Numbered from the stretch's first letter, positions 14,326 through 27,233 are shown. The stretch is 64,000 nucleotides of DNA from Octopus vulgaris (GCA_951406725.2 OX597835.1:13020001-13084000), one strand, 5' to 3'. Made by a program: numbers and translations. Notes: generated by a model not told the origin, from the letters alone.

Positions 14326-14754
14326 GCAAATGAGTGGAAACTTTACCAGTGAGTGTGTTAAAAAAAATGACTCTCCCCAGACACAACAAAATGTCTATTA
14401 GAAAAACCAAAATAAGAAAATGGAGGAATAGATTTCTATCAATCATCAACTACTAGATAATACCAATTCATATAATTTATTAACTAATTATTTAGGAACA
14501 TCCAGATCAAACAGAATAATACAGAATAAAACAGTACACATCAATGAGTAAGATAATACCATAAGTACAATACATATAAATAAATATAGATATAAAATGG
14601 ATCTTACAGCTGTTTCAGCCATGTAGATAAGAGTATCTCATTATGCTCATATTAGTCAGATGTATTAAGGTAATATGCAGTTATAAACCAATATATTTTT
14701 ATAGAATTTGGTAAACGCATTCTTAGATATACATAGCATAAAACCATTCAATAA

Positions 14755-15360
14755 AATCACCTTCAGTCTCAATTACTGTCTTGATATGGCTTCTGAAGTG
14801 ATTTTGAAAAATTTTTGCTGTAATGTTCCATTGGCAAACCTCAACAAGCCCTTGACATTGTGGGCTTGCTCATTAATTTCCCTCTCAACAACATCCCAGA
14901 TGTAGTAGTTGAGGGGTTTTAAATAGGGTAAACTATGAGGCCAAAAAGTAGGGGTAACATAATCAAGAAAATGTTTGGCCATCCATTGTGTCATGTAGGC
15001 TGTGTGAGAAGGAAAAGAGTCTTGCTGGTACATGTATGGCCTTCTCCTAGCAACCCCTTTGATCCATTTGATCCAGGGCTTCATGACTATGAAAGAGAGT
15101 AGAGTATTGCTGATGCATGTATGGCCTCCTCTGCGCAACTCCCTTGATCCAGAGCTTGATGACTGTGAAAAAGACCAATCTTGCTGGCACATGTATGGCC
15201 CCTTTTGAGCAACTATCTCAATCCAGGGCCTGACAACTATCTCCATTGTCTTGCTATAGGCTGCTAAATTGATGCTAAGATCCTGTGGGAAAAATCAAGG
15301 TGGCATGACATAGCCCTCATTGTTCACAACTTGCATAACCATCACACATGATGGGAGTTA
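14755..15360 (-). pseudogene. Degenerate maT/DD37D-type transposase fragment with a ~75-bp internal triplication
   Basis: QQDSFPSHTA...FWPHSLPYLKPLNYYIWDVVERE, similar to 6760-7251; ATCCAG(G/A)GC...ACT(A/G)T recurs at 15071, 15147 and 15221. Confidence 0.75.
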
Positions 15361-16238
15361 GATGTGTGTAATATTTTCTTTATTAGGCACTCAGGCCACT
15401 AACACAGAGGGGACACTACAAGGACAGACATAACACCAGAGTGGGGACAAAAAAAACACAAAACACATGAGTATGAATATTATATAATATTAGACCCACG
15501 AAGACTACGAATTCTAGCGAGTGGTGACGGGGAATGGCAGTGTATAAATTTGAACTCGGACGTACATCTGTGCACCTGTGGATCTTAATGTCGTGTAACG
15601 GAATGCTTTTATTTCATATTTTGTATGTATATGCAGATATTAACACTTTGCATGGTATTGTAGTACTATTGTGACTATATTGAGGGCAGCTGCATCGAAC
15701 TCTCTCATGCACCAAATAGCATTTGCTAGAAAGCCTTCATGAAGTGAAACCAAGTAGCAACACCAAATGGCGGTGCCCCAGCATGGCCACAGCTCATAAG
15801 CTGAAACTAGAATCAATCAATCAATCAATAATGGAATCTATATATTGTTTTTCTAGTATTAGCGTTATTAATAATAATATGAAGGATGATATTGGTAGCA
15901 TTAGTGGTAATGACAATGATAATGATGCAAACATTATTGACATTTTGGAAATTAATAAGAATTAATATAATGTACTCTTGACTCTGTATATCTGCATTTA
16001 GGTATTATGTGTATGTTTTCTACATTGTAATTATCACAATATTAAGTTGAAAAACTGTAACATTGAATGTGGATCATATGTATGTTTATTGATTTATATT
16101 ATTTATATCATTATGTATATGTATATTTATATGTATAGGAGTATGAGTATATGCACTGATATGTATATGTATATGTTTTATTATGGGTATGTACCCACAC
16201 CTATATAAGTGTGTATGTAATCTGATTTGTATCACATA

Positions 16239-16365
16239 ATCTCCGAAGAGGCCTTAGGACATTTTTGTAAATGTCTCATTTATAACTACATATTGACCTA
16301 CCATAAATGGCTAATATAAGTAAAATGAGACATACTTATCTGCATGGCCGAAACAGCTGTAAGAT
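16239..16365 (+). ncRNA. HHR-like motif with ~90-nt expanded stem II (PLE family P2)
   Basis: ATCT-CCGAAGA-GGCC...GGCC-GAAA-CAGCTG-TA-AGAT; a diverged inverted relative lies at ~14400-14660. Confidence 0.55.
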
Positions 16366-16979
16366 GTAGTCTATATTTATATTTATATTTACTTATATTT
16401 ATATTCTCTTATACATATTGTACTTATTGTATAACATCTTTTATTACTCCTTTATGTACACTGTTTTGTTCTACATTATTATGTTTGACCTTATAGTTTC
16501 TTATGTGGTGGTTTAATAAAGTATGTGATTGAGTATTATCTGGTAATTGATATTTGATTTGGATGTATTTCTCCATTTTCTTATTTTGTATTATGAATTT
16601 GTGGTAAAACATTTTACCTTTGCCCATATAATACAGTAAATGAATTAATTGGATCGCAATTCTTAACATTTATGTATTAACTCTGTTGGGTACTTCACTA
16701 GCAGTATATTGGATATATGTTATCCCATGGAGGGTTGCATTTACAACCCCTATCTCAATTTGTATATATATATATATATAAATAAAATGTATACTAATTT
16801 TTTATGAATAATATATATATACCAGTGGCCTAGCATGCGGAAAATAGTGAAAAGACCATATATTATTCATAAAAAAATTAGTAAACATTTTATATATATA
16901 TATATATACAGAAATTCGGGGTGAGTACTTGATAATTGTAAGCACCTGTATATACTGTTTGGTGGTGTAGGTGGTGGAG

Positions 16980-17372
16980 TAAATTAATCAAAATAAAAAC
17001 ATGATGCCAAGGATTCAGCGGTACATATGTTTCGGGCCTTTATTAGACGGATTTATAACAATGCATAATGTATGTCTGTGGCTTTCTTCAGCCGCGCACA
17101 ACAACTTCCACAAGGACATGTATTACATCAAAAATTCTTGAGATGGACGCTTCATTTTTATGCTGTTGCCGCATTATGTCGTACACGAATGAGAGGATTT
17201 GCATCCCCAACCAAGAATTTTTGATGTAATACATGTCCTTGTGGAAGTTGTTGTGCGCGGCTGAAGAAGGCCACAGACATACATTATGCATTGTTATAAA
17301 TCTGTCTAATAAAGGCCCGAAACATATGTACCGCTGAATCCTTGGCATCATGTTTTTATTTTGATTAATTTA
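16980..17372. mobile_element. Inverted Penelope-like pLTR pair (~160-bp arms, ~70-bp spacer)
   Basis: 16980-17140 is the near-perfect reverse complement of 17212-17372; each arm carries an HHR. Confidence 0.8.
17257..17334 (+). ncRNA. Type I hammerhead ribozyme motif (mirror copy at 17018-17095, minus strand)
   Basis: Stem I GCGG/CCGC, core CTGAAGA, stem II GGCC..AGACA/TGTCT..GGCC, GAAA, palindromic stem III ACATATGT, GUA cleavage triplet. Confidence 0.75.
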
Positions 17373-17507
17373 TATATATATATATATACACACACATATG
17401 CATGTGTGTATGTAGATATGTATGTATATATATAATATATATAAGTGTGCACATGCATACACACACATATATATGCATGTATTTATTTACATTGTGTGTA
17501 TGTATCT

Positions 17508-17765
17508 ATCTTGATCAAGACACTTTATTTCACGCTGTTCCAGTTCACTCAGCTGTAGAAATGAGTTGTGATGTCCACTGGTGTGAAGCTATATCGGCCA
17601 TTGCCTTTCCCCTGGATAACATCGGTGACGTAGAGAGGGGAGGCATGGTATGCATGAGTGACTGCTGGTCTTCCAGAAACAACCCTGTCCAGACTTGTGC
17701 CTCAGCGGGTGACTTTCTAGGTGCAAATCCCATGGTCATCCATGACTGAAAGGTGGGGGGGTCCT
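17508..17765 (+). mobile_element. 5'-truncated CORE-like SINE (family B)
   Basis: CTTGATCAAGACACTTTATTTCAC...GACTTGTGCCTCAGCGGG...CATGACTGAAAGG; related to 37928-38252. Confidence 0.7.
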
Positions 17766-17909
17766 TCTATGTATCTATCTATTTTGCTCTTCCCTTCTCT
17801 CTCTCCCTCCCTCATTCTATACATACATACACACATACATACATACATACATACACACACACACATATATATGTATGTATATCTATCTATCTATCTATAT
17901 ATGTATGTA

Positions 17910-17947
<38 letters not shown>

Positions 17948-18028
17948 TATACATGTATATATATATATATATATACACACACATATATATGTATGTATGT
18001 ATATAAAAAAAATGCCCATATATGCACA

Positions 18029-18107
<79 letters not shown>

Positions 18108-18112
18108 CGATC

Positions 18113-18187
<75 letters not shown>

Positions 18188-18739
18188 TGATTGATAGATG
18201 GATAGATACACATATATACTTATATATATAAGTATATATATGTAAATATATATACATATATATACTTAATGTGCGTGTCTGCTCGCGAGCGCATCTGTAC
18301 ATATATGCGTGTGTGTATATATATACACATATATATATAAATATACAAATATATATGTATATATATTTATGCATCAGAAAAGATTCCATGCTGCTCGTCG
18401 GAATTCTTCAAGTCCTCCTCTATGGAACTTTATGTATGGGAGACCATTTCAGCAGAACACCGCATTGTTTAGACCTCGGTTTCAGAGGGAGGGTTGGGGG
18501 AGAGCAAAAAACGTTGAATCTGATGGAATTGTCAAACGGATTTTAATGTATTGCAGGGATATTTTCTTTCCCCTCCCCACATCGTTCCTTGTCCCAACAC
18601 AATGGTAAATACACGCCTTTATTTCCTATTTTTTTTTGCTATGTCATATCGCTATATTTGCCTATGTTCTTCCGTAGTATAACTGCAGAGGTATTCGCCT
18701 TTGGTAGAAAAATATTCTACCTATCAACCAAGCTATCTT

Positions 18740-19395
<656 letters not shown>

Positions 19396-20500
19396 TTCAA
19401 TGTGCGACCGCCTTTCTTAATTGAGTAAATTACATACTACTACAAAAGCATGCAGGTGCCTTGTCTTAATTCAAACAAACAATACACACACGCAATCACA
19501 TTGCTGCCTGTCTGCCTCAGTAATTGCTTAACGTGAAAGTTATTTGCTCTGTATTTATTATTACCATTATCATTACTATTCTTAGTACTTATATTATTAT
19601 TATCGAACAGGAACAGAGGGCATGAAATATATACAGCTGCAAAATATCGACTGTTTTTCAGAATTTACTATTACTAGGAAATCATTAATATCTTTTAAGC
19701 AATTATTAATATTAGTTGTACTATTACTAGTGACCGTAACAGTAGTGGTATGTACTCTATGTGTGTGTGTGTGTGTGTGTGTGTCTGTGTGTGTGTGTAA
19801 GAAATGGTTCGTTATATAAAGAAATCCTCCACCACCATCATCATCATCATCATTATCGTCATCATCATCATGATCATTGTTTATCGTCTTTTACACCATT
19901 CCAGATATTAATAAAACCATATATTCAGCATGCAATAATAATAATAATAATGATAATAATAATAATAATAATGATAGTAATAATAATTTTTCTGTTAACC
20001 AACTAAAGGGTTCACAATAAACGATGCCGATAAACCTAACCACCCCAAAGACCGGGTGTACATACATATTCTTTACTTTCGCCTCGTTAAACATACAGAA
20101 TCATTAAAAAGAAAGGTTTAATTATCATCATCATCATCATTATTATTATTATTATTATTATTGCTGTTGTTATTTATAGATGTGTTAAAGTCGTTGGAGC
20201 GTCAGACTTACACACTCTGTGGTTTTGAAATTACATTTCAATTACATGCTTCCACATCTTTTGCAAATGTTAAAAACAAATGCTATTGTTATTATGTAAT
20301 ATATATATTCGTCCATGTGTGTGTGTGTATAAACTACTGTTGTGTGTGTAAACTACTGTTGTTGTTTTAGCTCTGGGTTAGCCCAGTACTATGATTAAAG
20401 GCATTCTAATGTGACCATCCCGCCTTCTTAGATTTGTGTAGACCCACCGCGACTAACGAGCCATCTCTTCTTGTTTTTTTTCTTTCTGTTTCAAACACAA

Positions 20501-20912
20501 TAAACTGTAATCTGGGGGAGGTATTTAACTGCTATTTCTGAAGCTGGAATACCACAAAGAGGCGGTTCCCTCGTTGCACTGACAAACTGTAATCTGGGGG
20601 GTATTTAACTGCTATTTCTGAAGCTGGAATACCACTAAGAGGCGGTTCCCTCGTTGCACTGACAAACTGTAATCTGGGGGGTATTTAACTGCTATTTCTG
20701 AAGCTGGAGTGCCACAAAGAGACGGTTCCCTCGTTGAACTGACAAACTGTAATCTGGTGGGGTATTTAACTGCTATTTCTGAAGCTGGAATGCCACAAAG
20801 AGGCGGTTCCCTCGTTGAACTGACAAACTGTAATCTGGGGGGGTATTTAGCTGCTATTTCTGAAGCTGGAATACCACAAAGAGGCGGTTCCCTCGTTGAA
20901 CTGACAAACTGT
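20501..20912 (+). repeat. Minisatellite, five near-identical 80-81-bp units
   Basis: AAACTGTAATCTGG...GCTATTTCTGAAGCTGGA..CCAC.AAGAG.CGGTTCCCTCGTTG.ACTGAC repeats at about 20501, 20581, 20661, 20741 and 20822. Confidence 0.95.
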
Positions 20913-21489
20913 CTGTAAACAATGTCTCTGGCAAAGATGTCGCTTCTTTGACAGAAAGAACACCAGACTCGAAGAACATCGGCCTTAAACGGTTTTTTAT
21001 GCACTTCGAACTAAACTTCTTTAGTCTCACTTGGAACCACAACACGTTCGATTTTGTCTTCGATCTCGTAGAATCAATAAAATAAATATTAATTATGTAT
21101 TTAAAGAGAACGAAGTTTCAATTTTCTATAGTTATTCCTTCCACACACCAGTATTCCTGTACCATAATTAGAAATTCTTTAGCTCCAGTTCAGTTCTATA
21201 ACCAAAAGGAGTTCCACTCACACCTATTTCGCCTTTTTTTAAGGCATTGTCTACATAGGACTACATTATTTAATGTGTCCCCTCCCCCTTTTTTTTTTAA
21301 TGCAATAAAATTGGTTTGGAAGAGATTTCGCTATTGTGTCTAGCTTCTCACACGACCACATTGAGGCTGTTTTTGTGATGTCCGAGACGGAATTTACCGA
21401 ACTTAAACGTATTACATTTATTTCGTTTCTTTTCTCAGGGTTTTAAGTTCAAATCATGGCTAATTTTACAGCCGAAAAATGTTTTTAAC

Positions 21490-22052
21490 AAAAAAGGTGA
21501 GCCTTCGTGTGGCTACACGGCCAGCTAGAAATAACAGTCAAACTAAAGGGTTTGATCCGAGCAAATACTGAATCATAAAAGACCCCTTATGATAATGTAA
21601 TCCTCGACATATCTCTAAAAAGGTGGGGGTGGTCACGATTGGAATATCTTGTTATTACCAACTTAACGACAAAGAAGCTTCTGTGTAGTCGTTTTGCTTG
21701 CTAGAAATAATAACAAAATCTCTCCTCCACCCCATCAAATTACATTCTGCTGTCTCAAATAACAACAACCTTAGAAAAGGCGATACTGTAATTATAGATA
21801 TAGTTCTAAAAAAATGGCGGGATGGTCACGTTTGGAAATACCATTCCTCATGTTATTACCAACCAACGGGGAAGCTTCTATTGGCACCGGTTTGCTAGAA
21901 ATAACAGCCAAATCTCTCCCCCTCCCGCCACTAAATCACGCCTGACTGTGTGTCAAGTCAAATAAGATAAGAAGAACAACATTAAATAATGTAAATGCTA
22001 GACGTAATTGTTAAAAGGCGTGATGGTCACGTCCGGAATTCCTGCGATCACG
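21490..22052 (-). repeat. Three diverged ~175-200-bp tandem units of an interspersed repeat family
   Basis: GCTAGAAATAA at about 21525, 21700 and 21894; TGGTCACG..TGGAA-like motifs at about 21630, 21823 and 22024. Confidence 0.65.
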
Positions 22053-22242
22053 GAACGAGGTGATGCGGTGCTGAAGCATCATCCGCCAACCGTTTTCACA
22101 TGTCTGACGCCAAGTTCGGTCGGGTTTATTGTGACATGCACTCTTATGGTGAAGTAAGCAAATTTTTGTTTTTTTTGGGGTTTCGTTCGAGTCGCTCTTA
22201 GAAAAAACACGTTTTTCTCTTTTGTTATTTACGTCGGCGATC

Positions 22243-22825
22243 TTTCGTCTCTAGTAGACCTTTCCGTCGATTTCCGTAAAAAAATATTTTTCTTTTTTTT
22301 TTACATATGGGCTTGCGGGAACTTCTGAAGTAATATACATACATATACACACACACATACATACATACATACATAAATACATACATACATACATACATGC
22401 CTGCATACATACATAAATACATACATATACACACACATACTTACACATACATACACACACACATACATAGATACATACACATACATGCATACATACATAT
22501 ACACATACACCGAGTAAAAAATTTCAGTTATCTCTCTCTTTCACACTTTACTCTCTCTGTCTCTTCACACACACTAACAGAAGCACTTCCCTTACACAAC
22601 ATACTGTCTGTCTCCCACACCCCATCAAACACACACACACACACACACACATGTACATCAATGCTTCACATGCACGGTAACTTCAAAAGAACTTCCCTCG
22701 TCATTACAATCGCTTTCTCTTAGTCTCTTTCGCTCTCATTACTTCAAAAGTTCCCGCAAGCCCATATGTAAAAAAAAAAAAATTTTTTTTACGGAAATCG
22801 ACGGAAAGGTCTACTAGAGACGAAA
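22243..22825. repeat. ~90-bp inverted repeat (22243-22334 / 22738-22825) around a microsatellite-rich spacer
   Basis: TTTCGTCTCTAGTAGACCTTTCCGTCGATTTCCGT...GCGGGAACTTCTGAAGTAAT versus its reverse complement. Confidence 0.9.
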
Positions 22826-23687
22826 TATTGCCATTTACGTCTGTAACGGGCTCTTGGAGAAAGGCATGCATGTCGCATCTTCCCATTAAATTCCACCCTT
22901 TTCCCTCTACCCACACGGCCATTCCCCGTCGCCACTCGCTGGAATTCGTATTCTTCGTGGGTCTAAAACCCAAACCAAACAATAGCTTTTCGTTAAAGTA
23001 CCAATTCCCTTTCGTAGTAGCGGTAGTGGTGGGATGGTGTACGGGTAGTGATTATGGTGGTGGTGGTTGTAGGAGTAGTAGCAGTAGTCGGGGTGGTAGG
23101 GCGGGTGGCGTACGGGTAGCGGTTATGGCGGTGCTTGTAGTGATGATGGTAGCGGTAGTGGTTGTGGTTGTCGTAACAGTAGTAGAGTGGTGGTTAAGGC
23201 GGTGGTATGGACGGTGGTAGTAGTAGTAGTTGGAGTGATGGTGGAGGTGGAAGTAGGAGTAATAATGATGACGATGGTGGTGGCGGTAGCGGGAGTTGTT
23301 TAAGTCCAGAGTTAGCTCCGATAGAGCAGACCTGTCTACAATCGATCGAAGACGGTATAGCCATGACCATCGCATCCTTGTGCATGCAGTGTGCAATGTT
23401 TTCCTTTAAGACATCAAGGAAATGGTGGGGGTTTGGTTGCTGTTGTTTCTAGCAACACGAGCGACCAGCTAAGAAACTTTCTTTCTCCCAATCTGTCTTG
23501 CTGTCTCCTTTCTCTCTCTCTCTCTCTCCCTCTATTTCTATGTCTGCCTCTTCATCTCTCTCTCTCTCTCTCTCCTTTCTGCCTATGTCCTTCAGTCTGT
23601 CTATCTTTCTTTCTACTGCTCTGTCTGCCTCTTTCTCTTTCTTTCTCCCTCTCCCTCCCTCTCAATCTGCTTGTCCTTATTTGGCTT

Positions 23688-23742
<55 letters not shown>

Positions 23743-24051
23743 TTCGTCTCTCTTTTTCTTGTTAACTGTCCCTGTTGGCACTTTGACACTGTAATTTAAA
23801 ATATTTATATATTTAATTTAAAATTTATAAATAAATAAATCAAATAACATTTAATGGAAGTTTTATAAACAAAATTGTTATACATAGATATAAATATCTC
23901 ATATAATAACAACAATAATAATAATAAATGCCCAGATGTAGTAGTACCAGGCAGTGGCTCTCATGGCTTCTGATTTTAACTGATTGGAAGTGTTATCATG
24001 TACATTGTTTTGTCTTGGTATAAAAGATGGGCTACAGCAAATATCCTGCTC

Positions 24052-24658
24052 AATACCTATTTCTTTATTGCCCACAAGGGGCTAAACATAGAGGGAACAA
24101 ACAAGGACAGACATAGTAGGTATTAAGTCGATTACATGAACCCCAGTGCGTAACTGGTACTTAATTTATCGACCCCGAAAGGATGAAAGGCAAAGTTGAC
24201 CTCAGCGGAATTTGAACTCAGAACGTAGCGGCAGACAAAATACCTATTTCTTTATTACCCACAAGGGGCTAAACACAGAGGGGGACAAACAAGGACAGAC
24301 ATAGGTATTATGTCGATTACATCGACCCCAGTGCATAACTGGTACTTAATTTATTGACCCTGAAAGGATGAAAGGCAAAGTCGACCTCGGCGGAATTTGA
24401 ACTCAGAACGTAGCGGCAGACAAAATACCTATTTCTTTATTACCCACAAGGGGCTAAACACAGAGGGGGACAAACAAGGACAGACATAGTAGGTATTAAG
24501 TCGATTACATGAACCCCAGTGTGTAACTGGTACTTAATTTATCGACCCCGAAAGGATGAAAGGCAAAGTCGACCTCGGCGGAATTTGAACTCAGAACGTA
24601 GCGGCAGACGAAATACCGCTAAGCATTTCGCCCGGCATGCTAATGATTCTGCCAGCTC
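24052..24658 (-). mobile_element. Head-to-tail trimer of family M (Meta-domain-like) SINE
   Basis: Units of 185-188 bp joined at AATACC (24052, 24239, 24424, 24612); only one tRNA head; central GAGGTCGACTTTGCCTTTCATCCTTTCGGGGTCGATAAATTAAGTACCAG. Confidence 0.9.
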
Positions 24659-25042
24659 ACCACAGACACATATGTCATTAACAACATCACACAATTTGTG
24701 ACAAAGCTGCACCTTTTGATTTACAGGTACCATCCACTTGACAGGCTTCTGTACAGTTTCCATCAACCCATTTTCACTCACAGAGTATGGGTTGACCTGA
24801 GGCTGTAGAAAATAACATTTGCCCAACATATTTATTCATTCATTTTATGGTCATTTTGTTCCATGCTTGCATGAGTTAGATGAATACTTACCATTGAGCT
24901 GTTATTTTTATTGCCGGATGCTCTTTCTGTCACTAACACTTAACGACTTTTTAAGTGGGGGACTTTTTTAAAATTTATTTCCTCTATATCTTTGAAAGAG
25001 CAGAGTAAGAGGAAAATTCTGTTAACAAAGAATGTCAATAAG

Positions 25043-25187
25043 GAGGGGCAGACTAAAGCGTTGGTCAATCGGGCACTGCCCAAAGGCCAGGAGCTCTGAG
25101 GGGCCCACACTCTCCATGTTAGCTCTACAAAGCAGCCCGGTAAACAGTTATACCCGAGGGCCCTCGGTTATACTCAGTCTGCCCCTG
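25043..25187. mobile_element. hAT-like MITE, 145 bp
   Basis: TIRs AGGGGCAGACT / AGTCTGCCCCT; imperfect 8-bp TSD TCAATAAG / TCAACAAA. Confidence 0.6.
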
Positions 25188-25535
25188 TCAACAAACCTCA
25201 CCAATTTTTACCTCGACACTTGCATGTAGAACATACAATATAAACATCCACTTGTGCACATGCACGTGCACACACACACACACACACTCATACAAACGCA
25301 CACATGTACGAACGTGTGTTCATACAGCTTCTATCTACCAATTACGTTTACAAGGCTTTGGTCAGCTTGGACAAATGGTACCAGATACCTAAGGTGCCAT
25401 GCTGTAGAATTGACCCCAAAACTATGTGACTGCAAAGAGAACTTCTTAGAATTATTTAGCCATGTCTATGCTATACATACATACCCATACATACATTCAC
25501 ACACACACACACACATATAAATGTGACTGCGTGTG

Positions 25536-25733
25536 TACCGTTGGCGATTTTTTTTTCCTCTGTCTTCCCTTCTCTGGATCTTTCCTTCTCCTATGCTTCC
25601 GACGAAGAGGCTCTGCTCGAAACGTTAAACCCTCCTTCTTTCCTTCTTTCCTGAGCGTCCAATAATACTATATTTGTTCCACGTCCTTGCGTTGTTGTGT
25701 TTTCTCTTTGTATTTTCATGTTTGGATTAACTT
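25536..25733 (+). mobile_element. Penelope-like pLTR fragment (family P1) with HHR-like motif at 25595-25630
   Basis: CCGACGA-AGAG-GCTCTG-CTC-GAAA-CGTTA-AAC; ends in (TA)n. Confidence 0.7.
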
Positions 25734-26286
25734 TATATATATATATATATATGTATACATACATATAAGTGTATATACGCACACACACACACACACATGT
25801 ATATATGTATACACACACATACATATATATATTCACACCACACATCAAAAGAAAAGATACATGACAAACGTCTATTTAAAGAGCTCTACATCCTCACTTT
25901 GGAGTAAAATTCCTAAGATTTATGTTAACTCGTCTGGAAAATGTTTCAACCATTTGTCCTTGCCAGATGTGGTGGCAGTGTGATACATACTGATACTGCA
26001 TGGCGTGTAAACAAAAACATTTGTGTACAGCTAACGATGAGGTTTGAATGTGTATTGCCATCACTCTTCAACAACATAACCACCACCATCATCATCATCA
26101 TCATCTTCATCATCATTTAACATCTGTCTTCCATGCTGGCATGAGTTTGAAGGCTTGACAGGAGCCAATAAACCAGAGAACTGTGCCAAGCTTCAGTCCT
26201 CTTTGACATGGTTTCTACAACTGGATGCCTTTCCTAATATCAACCACTTTACAGAGTAAACTGGGCGCTTTATGTGACACCAGTCA

Positions 26287-26327
<41 letters not shown>

Positions 26328-26820
26328 ACACACACACAATTTGTGACAAAGCTGCACCTTTTGAATTACAGGTACCATCCACTTGACAGGCTTCTGTACA
26401 GTTTCCATCTACCCAATTTCACTCACAGAGTATGGGTTGACCTGAGGCTGTAGAAAATAACATTTGCCCAATGATAATACCTTTCTGACCCACCTCTCTT
26501 ATTTCTGTCTCTATTTTCTTACGAGCACTATTTCATCCTCTCTTCTATTTGTTCTTGGAGTTCACAGTCTGCCTGCATGCCTGTCTCTCTTGTCGGTTGA
26601 CTGTACAACACTTTCCTGTCTATGTCACCCTCTCTCCTTCTCTCACCTATCTCATTCTTTTTATAATACTTTTTCTCTCCCTCATCACCTTTTTCAGCAC
26701 AGCTACTAGCTTCCCTTTTACATTTTAATAGTATTTACAGAAAGAGTGAAATCAACCAACAAAAATGGGACACATGGCATATTCTTATACATTCGTGTAT
26801 ATATTTATATGTATATACAT

Positions 26821-27233
26821 AGGCGTCGGAGTGGCTGTGTGGTAAGTAGCTTGCTTACCAACCACATGGTTCCGGGTTCAGTCCCACTGCGTGGCACCTT
26901 GGGCAAGAGTTTTCTACTATAGCCTCGGGCTGACTAAAGCCTTGTGAGTGGATTTGGTAGATGGAAACTGAAAGAAGCCTGTCATATATATGTATATATA
27001 TATGTGTGTGTGTGTATGTTTGTGTGTCTGTGTTTGTCCTCCTAACATTGCTTGACAACTGATGCTGGTGTGTTTACGTACCTGTAACTTAGCAGTTCGG
27101 TAAAAGAGACCAATAGAATAAGTACTAGGCTTACAAAGAATAAGTCCTGGGGTCAATTTGCTCAATCAACTAAAGGCGGTGCTCCAGCATGGCCACAGTC
27201 AAATGATTGAAACAAGTAAAAGAGTAAAAGAGA
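26821..27233 (+). mobile_element. Family A SINE, full length
   Basis: AGGCGTCGGAGTGGCTGTGTGGTAAG head through to the (GTAAAAGA)n tail. Confidence 0.9.

Noticed and set aside
20501-20912. CRISPR-like array
   Set aside because: Units are contiguous and near-identical with no unique spacers; eukaryotic context and no cas genes
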